Made by a program: the position numbers and the translations under genes
Part shown: piece after piece, positions 20,357 to 30,760 of the stretch
Layout of the letters: every line of letters starts with the position of its first letter
Position numbering within the stretch: the first letter of the stretch is position 1
Source of the DNA: Alphaproteobacteria bacterium
GTDB lineage: Bacteria; Pseudomonadota; Alphaproteobacteria; UBA828
Length of the DNA: 64,000 nucleotides
Reading direction: 5' to 3'
Assembly (NCBI GenBank): GCA_965220745.1
Contig: CBDCQT010000010.1
Coordinates: 288,001 to 352,000, forward strand
The notes under the pieces: generated by a model
Told to the model about the DNA's origin: nothing
The model's database searches: none
What the model saw: only the letters and a program-made list of their open reading frames with translations

Positions 20357-20411
20357 ACTTGACGGCGGGTTTCGACGACACTTGACGGCGGTTCCGACGT
20401 TACTTGGCGGG
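20357..20411. repeat. About 2.5 tandem copies of a 22-23 bp unit (ACTTGACGGCGG..TT.CGACG), probably IS21-type terminal repeats
   Basis: Units start at 20357, 20380 and 20402; lie downstream of the IstB remnant. Confidence 0.5.
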
Positions 20412-20654
20412 ATCGTGGCCTTGTCGGCGCGCTGTCTGCTCCGGAACTGGTGCCGGGGGTGGTTGCCTCCCTGGTGTTTTCGTGGGGGCTGGCCGGAGGC
20501 CAGCCCGGAGCAGGCGTAAGCGAGCCTGTTTTGTTCTGCAATGCGTTGCGGGGCACGCTGGCAAGCCCCTTCATCGAGCATGCTGGCGCGCGTACTCCGC
20601 CTGACGGCCGGGGCTCCCTCGATGCGGCTTCCTCCTTCGAGCGGCGGGGGTGTG

Positions 20655-20905
20655 TTGCGCTCTGGCAGGCGATGAGGATGGACTTGCGCGCGTGGCGGGC
20701 CTCGACGATCTCAAGCAGGTCTCGGCGGCCCTCTGCAGAAAAGCCATGGAGGTTCCAGTCGTCGAGGAGGAGCAGGTCGACCCTTGCGAGGCGCTTCATG
20801 AAACGTTCCTGTGTGCCCTTGTCGCGGGCGCGGGCCAGCGCCGCGACCAGTTTGGGGACGCGGCGGTAGAGGACGGAGCGCTTCTGGCGGCAGGTCTGGT
20901 GGGCG
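20655..20905 (-). pseudogene. istB: IS21-family IstB ATPase fragment
   Basis: LYRRVPKL...LARVDLLLLDDW...RRDLLEIVEARHARKS; Walker A degraded; boundaries approximate. Confidence 0.8.
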
Positions 20906-21079
20906 GAGCGTGCAGGCGACGAATGTCTTATCGGCGCCGGAATGCGCCTTGATCGTCGAACGATCACCGAAACGGGCCCCAATGCTCATCCGTCATGCAG
21001 GTTGCAGAACGTCGTCGCGGCCACCATCTACATTAGGGACCATACGCAGATCAAAGCGCTGCCGGCAGACCGATCGGGT

Positions 21080-21240
21080 GATGGACATCGACATCGCCGC
21101 AAGCACCATTGAGGCTGCGCTTTGCCAGCTCCCTGAGGCGCTTGTGTAGGGGGAGAAAATCAAAGCGTCTGCCGAGCGCTGCGAGATTGCGCCGAGCACG
21201 GCGCATCGCTGGCGCCGCCGCTTCCTAGCGGCGGATAATC
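21080..21240 (+). pseudogene. IS1595-like transposase fragment
   Basis: ALV*GEKIKASAERCEIAPSTAHRWRRRFL HTH segment with internal stop; boundaries approximate. Confidence 0.55.
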
Positions 21241-21368
21241 AGGCGCGTGAGTGGCTTGCCGGAATTGTCGAGCAGGCGGCGGAGGCCAGACCACGCCTGC
21301 GAGTTGCAATTTGAGCCTTACAAGGGGCTCAGCAGGCCACGTAAACATAGAGTCGAAAGGAATACACA

Positions 21369-21600
21369 GATGACGTACCAATTGTTTGGTGAAATATTGA
21401 GCACACTCCTTATCGCAGCAGCAGGTTATTTTGTTAAGCAGAAATTCGACATACAGATTGAACGCATTCGATCTGATTTCTCTGAAAAACTTTCCCAGTT
21501 CCGAATTCGAGAAAGTTACCTCCACAGAAGGCGGGTCGAGGCAATTGAAGAGGTATACAATATGGCAATGGATGCCGAACACAGCTTGCAATTTTTTGGG
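21369..21600 (+). pseudogene. Truncated AT-rich hypothetical gene with N-terminal TM helix
   Basis: MTYQLFGEILSTLLIAAAGYF...; abrupt switch to high GC at a T6/G8 run near 21595. Confidence 0.5.
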
Positions 21601-21639
21601 GGGGTGCGCCGGGGCTTCACCTCGCCACCCTCCGTTCGA

Positions 21640-22028
21640 GGGCCTCGCGTTCCGCTTTCAGCCATGCGCGGTGCCTTCCCGAGCCAGGCGCGGACCGCCA
21701 TCACGCCGGCGTCTGCGTCCGCACGGTCCAGCACGCGCTCGGCAAGCTCCAGGAGCTCGGGCTGATCGTGTGCACGGGCGGCATGCGCTCCCGGCGCGGC
21801 CGGCTGGTCGCCGTCTGGCGCATCGTGCTGGCCCGGCTAAAAGCGGACATGGTGTCCGGTCTAAGAGTCAAACCAACAAAGAAACAACAGGCTCGGCAAG
21901 GAAAGAGCGCGCCGCAGGCAGCCTGGGACGCGCTCTCGGCGCAGTACGGGTGGGCAACGCTTATGTCGTGGTCTTCGGGGGCGATTGAAGCCGCTCTCGC
22001 ACGTCGCGAGGGACTTGAGCGTCTATAG
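21640..22028 (+). pseudogene. Winged-HTH replication-protein remnant (phage/plasmid)
   Basis: FPSQAR.. then, after a frameshift, AGVCVRTVQHALGKLQELGLI (HTH_36-like). Confidence 0.55.
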
Positions 22029-22257
22029 CATCGGCCAGAACAAGCCTCGCCCACTCGCTTCGGCTCCGCTGAAACAAGCCGCCTTTCCTGGCGTGGTCGA
22101 TACACGCCAACATCGTCGGGCTGACGCGCACCAACAGAGTTTCCGACAGGGCTGCGCCGGGCGCGGGCGACGCCTTCGCCTCAAGAGCTTCGCGCTCCGC
22201 TGCCAGCTTGGCGCGGCGCCGCTTGAAATAGTCGCCGCGATCACGTTTCTTGGTCAT
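21961..22257 (-). CDS. Small DNA-binding protein, CopG/RHH-like
   Basis: LLVRVSPTMLACIDHAR...SRSEWARLVL. Confidence 0.55.
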   Translation of the reverse strand: MTKKRDRGDYFKRRRAKLAAEREALEAKASPAPGAALSETLLVRVSPTMLACIDHARKGGLFQRSRSEWARLVLADAIDAQVPRDVRERLQSPPKTTT

Positions 22258-22265
22258 TTTGTTTC

Positions 22266-22928
22266 TCAGAACATTCTAAAGCCGTCATTATGACAAAGCT
22301 CTAAATCATGTTCGATTAGCCTCCACAATACCTCTTCATTATCGCTGCCAGGACCATCGTATACCCTGCGTAACTTAGAATCTCTGATCCGTTTCGCATT
22401 TTTGAGTTTTTGTCGTATTGGCAGAAGTTTTGCTGACTTGATATTCTTTAGTTTCGTAAAAGCATCCTCGAATCGGTCATGGCAAGCCGCGCTTTCTTTG
22501 CGGCCTTTCTCGTAGCAGCGATACATCTCATTGGCTTTGTTCGCAGCGTCCAGTTCACAATTACCGGAAGACGATCCATATCTCTCCCGTACCTTCTCCC
22601 AATCGTTACATCCAAGAGTTTCCTTCAAATCCTTTAGAGCCCTGTCGCGTTTCTCCAGACAGTTACCTTTATCCTTCCATGCTCTTCTGCTACAGTTATT
22701 CCTTTCCTCCTCGGCTTTGTTGAGTTGCGCATTTGCCTCTCTCTGGATGGGTCGGTGTTTTTCTTCAATAGTCTTTACGTCTTGCCTATACTCGGCCATG
22801 ATTTCCATATAAGATATGCAAGTATCGTCAGATTGAGAATGTGATGTATCGGCAAATCCAATGCATACTAAAAGGGTTATTCCATACAAATAGAGTTTCG
22901 TCCATCGATTACCTTTGGGAAAGGTCAT
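22266..22928 (-). CDS. Hypothetical secreted Cys/Lys-rich helical protein
   Basis: Signal peptide after MTFPKGNRW; low GC; 8 nt from the next gene. Confidence 0.65.
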   Translation of the reverse strand: MTFPKGNRWTKLYLYGITLLVCIGFADTSHSQSDDTCISYMEIMAEYRQDVKTIEEKHRPIQREANAQLNKAEEERNNCSRRAWKDKGNCLEKRDRALKDLKETLGCNDWEKVRERYGSSSGNCELDAANKANEMYRCYEKGRKESAACHDRFEDAFTKLKNIKSAKLLPIRQKLKNAKRIRDSKLRRVYDGPGSDNEEVLWRLIEHDLELCHNDGFRMF

Positions 22929-23439
22929 GCTGCTCCTCCATCCTCGCGCCGGCATTAGAAATAGAAAAACCCGAAACCCGGTTCCTCCGATTCCTGCTCT
23001 TCCTCCGAGTAAAGCTCCGCTTGCACGTAAAGCATCGCCATCAGTACCATCCTTTGCGCTGCCGGCTTGCCATATTCGGACGCACTGCGCTTGTTCAGCT
23101 ATGAGGCTGTGTGCTGCGAAATGCAGACAGTCTTCCATCGTCTCTCGTTGCTCGATTGGCGCGTTATCCACAATCCGCTACACGTACCAGATGTGTCCTC
23201 CAGCGCTCACGCTTGGCTATCCCACACCTCGCTATTGACGCCATCTGCGAGCTTCGCGATCAGGCCGGCAAGGCTGAGGTCGAGAATGGCGGCAAGCTGC
23301 ATCGTCTCGCCAGGGGTGAGTTCAACGCCGCGCTCTTCGTTGCGAGCGCGGCGTATCTCTTCGATGATCTTGTGCGAGGACATGTCATGCTCTTCGATTA
23401 CGTTGACAATGCGCACGTGATACATCAATGCCGCACCAG

Positions 23440-24247
23440 GATCAATCAAGAGTCGCTCGATTACATGCGCGACGCTGCCGAACGGGCGCGAGGATCGTCC
23501 GGCAACGAAATGCATTTCCGGCAGTACGACCTCATTCAGCCGGTCGATGCAGAGAAACAGGTGATCGTCCAGGTGCGCGACTACCGACAGTGCATCGTCG
23601 AGAACGCGCCGGAGCTCGCCAGCGATATCGTGGTCGGTATCGACCTAGGCGGCAGCGTCAGCATGACGTGCGTCGCGGCCTACAGCCTTGCAACCAAGCG
23701 CCTGAAGACATGGGGCGCCTTCGGCGACGATCCGCCGCTCTCGGTAAGGGCGAAGGCGGACCGCAGGGGGAGCCTCTATGACAGGATCGTGCGCGAAGGT
23801 GAACTACGCACGTGCCCGAGCCGCATCACGCCTGTCATACCGTTCCTCAAGGACGCTTTAGCGGAGCTCGGCGCCGTGGGCAGGATCACCGCGATCGGTG
23901 CTGACAGGCACCGGCGCGCGGAAGCGGAACAGGCGTTTTCGGAGGCGGGGTTGCCGCGCATTGCTGTCATGTGGCGCGGCCAGGGCGCCAGCGCCACGGC
24001 GGACGGAAGCCATGATGTGCGCGCCTTCCAGCGCATGATCTTCGATCACCGGATGGTCACGCGGGGCAGCACCATGCTCGAAAGCGCGGTCGCGTCATCC
24101 GTGCTGCGCTTCGACGGCGCCGGCAACCCGGCGCTCGACAAGGCCGCGAACAACACGCGGATCGATGCGCTCTCGGCTTCCGTGGTCGCGGCCGGCCTGG
24201 CGGAGCTCGTCAGGCCGGCGCCGCTGCTACAGGTGCACGTGCTATGA
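23440..24247 (+). pseudogene. Phage terminase large subunit, C-terminal nuclease half only
   Basis: VGIDLGGS..SMT, ADRHR, ALDKAANNTRIDALSA; no ATPase domain upstream; left boundary approximate. Confidence 0.75.
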
Positions 24248-24555
24248 GCCGCCATCACCGACACCGCGAGCGCGGCTACGTCCCTCCCTTCCTGCGTCTC
24301 TGTGTGCTCGATCGGGCGGACTATGCCTGCGAAAGCTGCGGCACGCGCGGCCGGAAGCTCGAAAGCGATCACATCATCCCGGTCGCGGACGGCGGCGAAA
24401 CGACCATGGAGAACCTGCAAGCGCTCTGCCGGGATTGCCACCTGGCGAAGACGCGGCGGGAAAGCGGCACGTCGGAAGCGACTATCGAGTGGACGCAGTT
24501 CGCCAACCGGAGCGATTTCGAGCGCAGGAAGGACCGGCGCCGTGCCTCCGTATGA
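24244..24555 (+). CDS. HNH endonuclease (phage packaging-associated type)
   Basis: CESCG...SDHIIP..GG....NLQALCRDCH; ATGA overlap with the terminase stop. Confidence 0.9.
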   Translation: MSRHHRHRERGYVPPFLRLCVLDRADYACESCGTRGRKLESDHIIPVADGGETTMENLQALCRDCHLAKTRRESGTSEATIEWTQFANRSDFERRKDRRRASV

Positions 24556-25341
24556 TCGCGTGATCCGCTATCTGCCGATCAACCGGACGCCGACGCTGCC
24601 GATCACCGTTGACGGCTCAAGCGACGGGCTGTCGCTCGTCACGCGCCGCAACCCGACGCTCGGCAATGTCTCGTAAATTGTGCTACAAAAGGACGGCATC
24701 GACGTGACCAGCGGAACGCTCGCGGGATGATCGGCGCGGGGAGCGTCGTGAAGATCGATCAGGGTATCTACGAGCTCGCGGAAGCGATCGATTTTCAGGT
24801 GCTTGCCGCCGCCGCCCGGCCGATCAGTTCCCACTCCGCATCGGTAGCCATGACCGCGCGCTAGCGCCGTCCGCCGGCATCCTCCCTCATCGTGGCAAGC
24901 CGCCCGTAGGGACCTGCATCGATAGGGACACGCGGCCACTCATTGATGCACACTATATCACTTAAATCCTATGGTATTCCTCGCATCTGAGTATATGTGC
25001 CGCCATTGTGTCCTCGCAGAGCGATTCCCATCCAACACTGAAGCCATACCAGTGCTAAACGGCGGTGGCATGTCTAATACGAGAGGCTTGCCGCCGCGCC
25101 CATCAATCACCTTGCGCGGCCAAGGGCCCTCGCTTACGCTCTGCTCGGGCTGGCCAACGGCCAGCCCCCGGACATCACCAACGGAGGGGCACCACCGCCA
25201 CATCCGGGCGATGAAGCTGGCCCAGCATGTGCCCGCAGCGCGGTCAAGTGTTCCCGGAGTCTGTGAAACCTCATCAGACATGCCAAGTGTAATCGAAGCG
25301 GAGAGAATTGGATCAGCCACGGCACTCCAAGAAGACAGTAG

Positions 25342-25725
25342 ATGACACAGCAGTTGACATTTGTTGAAGTAGAAAGGCATGTCGTGCGCGTCGCTGACGT
25401 TGTACGCGTGTCCGCCGAGCACATCACAACCAGAGCAGAGACTGATGAAGTTTTCCACCATAAGGATGAGGAAGAACAAAAGGAGCGCGCGTACCAGAGA
25501 GGAAGCGGAAGTTGGCTTGAACTGGTAAAGCGTAATACAGTCAATCTCGATCCCCTTTACGATCCTGATGATGATCTATTTGGCTCCAAAGGTAATATTA
25601 TTGAAACAACTTATCGCGTAACTCTCCGCACCCAATGGGTTGTGGTACTTTGCAGAGGTCGCCCCGTCATATTGCATAAACGCTCTTCCTACAACAAACT
25701 GATGAATGCCATGGGAGTAGACTAG
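25342..25725 (+). CDS. Hypothetical protein
   Basis: 127-aa ATG ORF in low-GC cargo; no recognisable motif. Confidence 0.5.
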   Translation: MTQQLTFVEVERHVVRVADVVRVSAEHITTRAETDEVFHHKDEEEQKERAYQRGSGSWLELVKRNTVNLDPLYDPDDDLFGSKGNIIETTYRVTLRTQWVVVLCRGRPVILHKRSSYNKLMNAMGVD

Positions 25726-25919
25726 GCCCTGCGCCCATACATTAATTGTCGGGAGGACCAAGTAATGACCTTAGCTTCTACATTGCGAGAGCACGACGAC
25801 GAAGTGCTACGATCTATAACCTACTATTTGTTCCTCTAAATAGAAGGAGTTATTGTCTTCAGGCCGATAAGAAGTCAGCTCGACGTGTCGAGTCTTGCGA
25901 TATTATCGAGAGGTGTAAA

Positions 25920-26366
25920 GTGTTGAAACTCCGTTTAATCAAGAACGACGTTGAATGCAATAGCCTGTTGAGTCATGGCGTCTACGTTTTTCAATGCAAG
26001 GAAACCAAGGAAATTCTCTATATCGGAAGCGCCTATAAGCAACCCCTAGCAAAGCGGTTTTCTCAGCATTTTGACTCAGGGGATACCGGCGCGACTTTTT
26101 ACCGAAATTGGAAAAAGGATAACCCTTCGAAGTGTTTTGATGAATTTGAGGGCGTTCTTAGAAAATGCAGAATTAAGATTATTTGTGTTGATGACGCCTG
26201 TGATGTGGCTGAAACTGTCTGTGAACTCGAGCATGCCTTACTAAGAAAACTGGATGCGAAATACAACAGGAAGAAACCGAAGTGTACTCGAAAAACGATA
26301 CCCGATGAATGCCTAAGGGAGATTGCCGACTACATTACGAATTGTACAGACATGGTAATAGCCTGA
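25920..26366 (+). CDS. GIY-YIG nuclease family protein
   Basis: GVYVF...ILYIGSA...LAKRFSQH...ELE...YN; GTG start after GAGAGG. Confidence 0.85.
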   Translation: MLKLRLIKNDVECNSLLSHGVYVFQCKETKEILYIGSAYKQPLAKRFSQHFDSGDTGATFYRNWKKDNPSKCFDEFEGVLRKCRIKIICVDDACDVAETVCELEHALLRKLDAKYNRKKPKCTRKTIPDECLREIADYITNCTDMVIA

Positions 26367-26415
26367 CAGTTGCCGCTCTAGGCAGAGTGGTGGATCAGGC
26401 GGCCTTCAGGGCGGC

Positions 26416-26904
26416 TTGGGTAGGTTAGAAGTACAGGCGCCCGTCTCCGGTGTGGTATTCGGTCTGGCGGTGTTCGCACCGGGGGAGGTGGTGCGGCCGG
26501 GCGAGCCGATCCTGAAGATCGTCCCGGAAGATGCCGGGCTCGTGGTGATTGCACGGGTCGACATGATCGATGTGGACCAGGTGTGGCCGGAGCAGGAGGC
26601 AATGCTGCGGTTCTCGGCGTTTCCGGCGCGGGAGACGCCGGAGATAGCCGGTCACGTGGTCCGGGTGTCGGCGGACGCGGTGCGCGACGGCGAGACCGGC
26701 CTCTTCTGGTACGAGGTCGAGCTCGCCATGGACCGGCCGGCTGGCTCCGGCGGGGAGGCGCAGCCAAGCCGCTCGTTCGGCAGTCTGGAGGTGACGCCCG
26801 GCACGCCAGTGGAGGTGCTCATCCGGACAGAGGAGCGATCGGTTGTGAGCTAACTGTTGGAGCCGGCGACGGACTCTTTCCAGCGCTCGCTGCGCGAGGA
26901 GTGA
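26416..26904 (+). pseudogene. HlyD-family type I secretion adaptor, C-terminal fragment with premature stop
   Basis: APVSGVV...GEVVRPGEPILKIVP...PGTPVEVLIRTEERSVVS*LLEP...SLREE; TAA at 26851 where Tyr is usual. Confidence 0.85.
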
Positions 26905-26919
26905 GCGGGGACTGCGCGG

Positions 26920-27363
26920 AATGTACAGCTCCGCTGGCGACACCATCGAGATCCCGCTGGTCAACGACCTGCGCGAGATCGCTGGCGTGGCGGCGCACAG
27001 GCCGACGAGTTCTGTTCGGCCCGGGAGATTGCTCCGGAGATGGCCTACCCGGTCAATCTTTCGATCGACGAGTTGCTGAGCAATACCATCGGCTTCGACG
27101 ATGACGAGACCCACCGTATCGCGGTCGTCGTGCGGCTGGAGCAGGAGGCGCTTGTCGTCGTGATCGTCGACAACGGCGCGGCGTTCGATCCGACGCGGAT
27201 GTCCGAACCGGATATCGAGGCGCCGCTCAAGGATCGCGACCTGGGCGGCCCCAGCCTGCTGCTCGTCAACCGGACGATGGACCGCGTCGTCGACTACTAC
27301 CGGCGGGCCGGCTGCAATGTCGTCACCCAGACCAAGAACGCGGCCGCGGTGTCGAAGGCATGA
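26920..27363 (+). pseudogene. RsbW-like anti-sigma factor / HATPase, frameshifted
   Basis: IPLVNDLREI (other frame), then VNLSIDELLSNTI, DNGAAFDPT, degenerate GGxGL. Confidence 0.75.
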
Positions 27364-27414
27364 CGCCGCCGACGCGGCATCAATACGCGGTCTTCCCGCA
27401 CTGGAGCAATGGAT

Positions 27415-28295
27415 CATGGACATCTGCATCACACATCTGCATCACACGCACGCGCTGCTGCAGGAAGGCCCCCGCTCGGGTCCGGTCAGGGTCGGCTGGC
27501 TGCTCAACCAAGCGCGCGGCGGCATGATTTACCAGTCGCCCTCGCGGGTCCGCTCGGCGGAGTTGAACAGGCGCCACGCCAAGTCGGCCTCGTGCTGCCC
27601 GGCGATTCTGGGACTCGAGAACCGGTAATTCGAGGTGGAATGCCCCTTAGACCTGCACCTCGCCTTCGCTCGCGACAAGGACGGCAAGCCGAGACTCTAC
27701 AATGTCCTAGTGTATTGACCGAGAAGTTCGTTGCATAAAATGTCAGGAATTTGTAGGTGTAATCAATATGTTGGGTGTTCGCGAAACTCAGGATCGGGAC
27801 ACTAGGCGCGAAGCCACCGGTGCGCGCGAACAATCTCGCCGCGCCCTTAACGCCACCGGCGAGGCGGAATGGCGCTATCCGGACCACCCGACGATCCAGA
27901 TCAGCCTACCCTACGTGTTCGTTGCCGACGAGCCCGTCTACCTCTCGCAGGTCGCGCCGATCATGCACTACCGTGCCGAGCCGTGGCCCGGCACGATCTT
28001 CGGGGGCCGGTTCCCCATCGACGTCTGGCCGCGGCCGCTGCTGTGGGCCTTCGAGTGGCACGATGTCGAGAGGGAGCTGAAGATCGCCCGCGCCGCGCCG
28101 CTCTTCTACTGCTAGTTCGAGACCCTGCATCAGGACCGCCCGATCCAGTTCGTGGAAGCCGAGCGCACGCCGGTGCTGACGGAGCATCTGGAGCACATTT
28201 CCGGGGCGATGGAATTCGTGAACCAGAGTTTCTCGCTGTTCAGGACGGCGGAAGAACGTCGCCCCATGGCGCTTATAGTTTCCAGAAAGCACTGA
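27415..28295 (+). pseudogene. Hypothetical gene with stops, a frameshift and a MITE insertion
   Basis: KSASCCPAI...*FEVECP...GGRFPIDVWPRPLLWAFEW...LFYC*FE; removing the insert restores YNVLGAKPPVR. Confidence 0.7.
27707..27805. mobile_element. MITE-like insertion (91 bp) flanked by a CTAG duplication
   Basis: CTAG at 27707 and 27802; imperfect inverted ends TGTATTGACCGAGAAGTTCG / TGTCCCGATCCTGAGTTTCG; AT-rich interior. Confidence 0.75.
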
Positions 28296-28380
28296 ACGGA
28301 GCCGGCTGAACCAGGGAATTTCATTGCCTGTGTATATGGCTCTGAAAGTGAGACGCGGGATGGCCTCACTGTATGGTGGC

Positions 28381-29541
28381 TCATTCCCGCTCTCTGGCCA
28401 CACCGCAATGCAGTTCCCGCGCGATAGCGGCGCCGATGCGTTCCGCCGCCGCCTCGGTCTCCCGGTCTCCGACGTGAGCGTAGCGCAGCGTCATGCTCGG
28501 GCGCTTGTGGCCCAGCAGGCGGGAGACAACCGGTAGCGGGACGCCCTGCAGCACGGCGTGGCTGGCGAACGTATGTCGAAGGTCATGAAGGCGCACATCC
28601 TCAATGCCGGCTTCCTTGCGCGCCAAGCGCCAGAGCGGCAGGTGATGCGAGAGGGGCCGTTCGGGACTCCTTGGCGCGGGGAAGACGTAGACGCTCTCCG
28701 ACCGCGGCTGCCCCTCCAGGACGGCGCGCGCCTGCGCATTCAGAAAGACCCTCCGCGGACCAGTTTTGGCATCCGTCAGATTGAGCGTGTCACCGTCCAC
28801 GTCCTGCCAGCGCAGGGTCAGGATCTCGCTCTTGCGGCAGCCGGTCAGCAGCAGAAGGCGGATTGCGTCCGCCTGCCGCGCGCGCGCCGGCCGCGCGCCG
28901 GTGAGACGATCCAGCGCGCCATGAAGCCGGCCGACTTCATCGCGCGAGAGGAAGCGGGTGAGCTTCGGGCGGGGGTTCCACTTGATGCCGTGCGCGGGGT
29001 TCGTCCGGATATGGCCGCAGACAATCGCATGGTTCAGGACCCGGCAGAGCAGGTTCAACGCCCTGTTGGCCGCGCCCGGTGCGGTCCGGCTGCACTCGTC
29101 GAACCAGCTGGTCACGCCGGCCCGGTCGATCCGGTCCAGCGGCACCGGGCCGAAGGCCGGAAGCAGGCGCCTTGCGACGGCCCTGGCCTGTGCCTTTCTC
29201 GTGGACGGCTTGCCCCGGTCGAAACACGCCTTGCCCGGACCCACGGCGAACTCCCCGAACGTCGGGACCGCTCTGCCTTCCGGCCTGCCGGACCGCGCCC
29301 CGGTCTCGATGGCGAGGCACCCGGCGCGTGCTTCGTCGACGCTCATCAGCGCCGCGGGTCCCAGAGTGATCCTGCGTGCATCGCCCTCGCCCTTCCGGCG
29401 ATACACGAAGCTTCGGTGTCCCGAAGGCCGCACCCGCACACCGAGACCCGCATGACAGGTGTCCCAAACCGTGTACTCGCGTGCGGTCGGTGCCAGCTTG
29501 CCGACGCTGACGTCGGTCAGACGCCGCCTCTTCGCGGCCAT
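28381..29541 (-). CDS. Tyrosine recombinase/integrase with N-terminal arm-binding domain
   Basis: GLGVRV..SG.RSF arm domain; TGCRKSE, AKTG, HDLRH, LGH, LRY: complete R-K-H-R-H-Y set. Confidence 0.95.
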   Translation of the reverse strand: MAAKRRRLTDVSVGKLAPTAREYTVWDTCHAGLGVRVRPSGHRSFVYRRKGEGDARRITLGPAALMSVDEARAGCLAIETGARSGRPEGRAVPTFGEFAVGPGKACFDRGKPSTRKAQARAVARRLLPAFGPVPLDRIDRAGVTSWFDECSRTAPGAANRALNLLCRVLNHAIVCGHIRTNPAHGIKWNPRPKLTRFLSRDEVGRLHGALDRLTGARPARARQADAIRLLLLTGCRKSEILTLRWQDVDGDTLNLTDAKTGPRRVFLNAQARAVLEGQPRSESVYVFPAPRSPERPLSHHLPLWRLARKEAGIEDVRLHDLRHTFASHAVLQGVPLPVVSRLLGHKRPSMTLRYAHVGDRETEAAAERIGAAIARELHCGVARERE

Positions 29542-29544
29542 GTC

Positions 29545-30669
29545 TCAACCCTCCAGTGCGGCGCCGACGGTGTCGGCCGCATCGCGCACCATGGCGTCTG
29601 ACAGGTGGGTGTATTTCAGGGTCGTCGCCGGATTCTTGTGCCCGAGCAGCCGGCCGATGGTCAGCACCGTCTCGCCCTGCGCCAGCGCCATGCTGGCGTA
29701 CGTATGACGGCAGTCATGAAGGCGGACATCGTGCAAATCCGCTTCGGCCCTCACGCGATACCAGACCATATCCACCGCCTCCGCGCTCAGAGAGCTGTCC
29801 GTTCTTGGCGATGGAAAGACCCAGGCTGCCGTGCGAGGCAGGTTGTCGAGGATGGCGCGCGCGGCGGACGAGAGCCAGATCGTGCGCGGTCCGACTTTGC
29901 TGTCGGGCAGGAACAGCTTGCCCTCGCGGTAGTAGCGCCACTTCAGAGTGACGATTTCGCCCTTTCGGCATCCGGTGAGCAGCAGCAGTCGTATGATCGC
30001 CACAGCCTGAGGATGATTGGCTTCGTAGTGCTCCAGCACCTCGCCCAGCCGGCGTATCTCCGCGGTCGACAGGTAGCGCTCCCGCCCCTGCCGCCGGTAT
30101 CGCTTGATGCCCTTGCAAGGATTGGTGCCCTCCGGCCGGTAGCCGTAGACTTCGGCCTGACGCATGATGACGGAGAGGATGGGGGCGGATCGGTCCGCCG
30201 CCACCGGAGTATTGTGGAGGGATGCAAACCATTGCTTGACGTCCTGGGCGGCGATGTCAGTGATCAGGCGTCCCTCGAACCAAGGCAGGATCTGGTTCCG
30301 GTAGTAGCCCCGATTGACGCTGAGCGTCGACGGCTTCCAGTTCCGGGCGTAGCGCCGAAACACTTCTTCGGCGACGGTCTCGAACGGGGTGTCCGGCAAA
30401 ATCGCAGCGCCCTCGTCGTTTCCGTTCCGGATCGAGGCCAGCATGACCCTGGCCCGTTCACGGGCATCGTCGACGCCGATGGAGCCGGACTGGCCGACGA
30501 TCCTCCAGACGCGACAACCATTGTGCTGGCTATGGATGAAGTAGCGCTTGTTGCCCGAGGGCAGTACCCTGACGCCGAAGCCCTTGAGTTCGCGGTCGCG
30601 AACGTCGTATGCGGACTTTCGGGGTTTGAGCGCGTCGACGCGGCGTTGACTGAGGCGAAGTGTTGCCAT
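29545..30669 (-). CDS. Tyrosine recombinase/integrase with N-terminal arm-binding domain
   Basis: GFGVRVLPSG arm domain; TGCRKGE, SKVG, HDCRH, LGH, LKY; ATG after GGAGG. Confidence 0.95.
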   Translation of the reverse strand: MATLRLSQRRVDALKPRKSAYDVRDRELKGFGVRVLPSGNKRYFIHSQHNGCRVWRIVGQSGSIGVDDARERARVMLASIRNGNDEGAAILPDTPFETVAEEVFRRYARNWKPSTLSVNRGYYRNQILPWFEGRLITDIAAQDVKQWFASLHNTPVAADRSAPILSVIMRQAEVYGYRPEGTNPCKGIKRYRRQGRERYLSTAEIRRLGEVLEHYEANHPQAVAIIRLLLLTGCRKGEIVTLKWRYYREGKLFLPDSKVGPRTIWLSSAARAILDNLPRTAAWVFPSPRTDSSLSAEAVDMVWYRVRAEADLHDVRLHDCRHTYASMALAQGETVLTIGRLLGHKNPATTLKYTHLSDAMVRDAADTVGAALEG

Positions 30670-30760
30670 TGGCTTTCCTCCTGCGTTCCGAGTTGCAGCC
30701 GGGGCCAAGACACGAACCGATTCCGCGTCTTCCGGCCAGAGCAGGAGGAAAAAAGCAACG

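Noticed and set aside
20357-20411. Possible mini-CRISPR
   Set aside because: Repeats are adjacent with no spacers, only ~2.5 copies, and there are no cas genes
23111-23439. N-terminal part of the 378-aa ORF as terminase ATPase domain
   Set aside because: No Walker motifs; terminase-like sequence begins only near 23440
28381-30669. RIT element or integron
   Set aside because: Only two recombinases, both with arm domains; no IntI-specific insertion or attC array recognised
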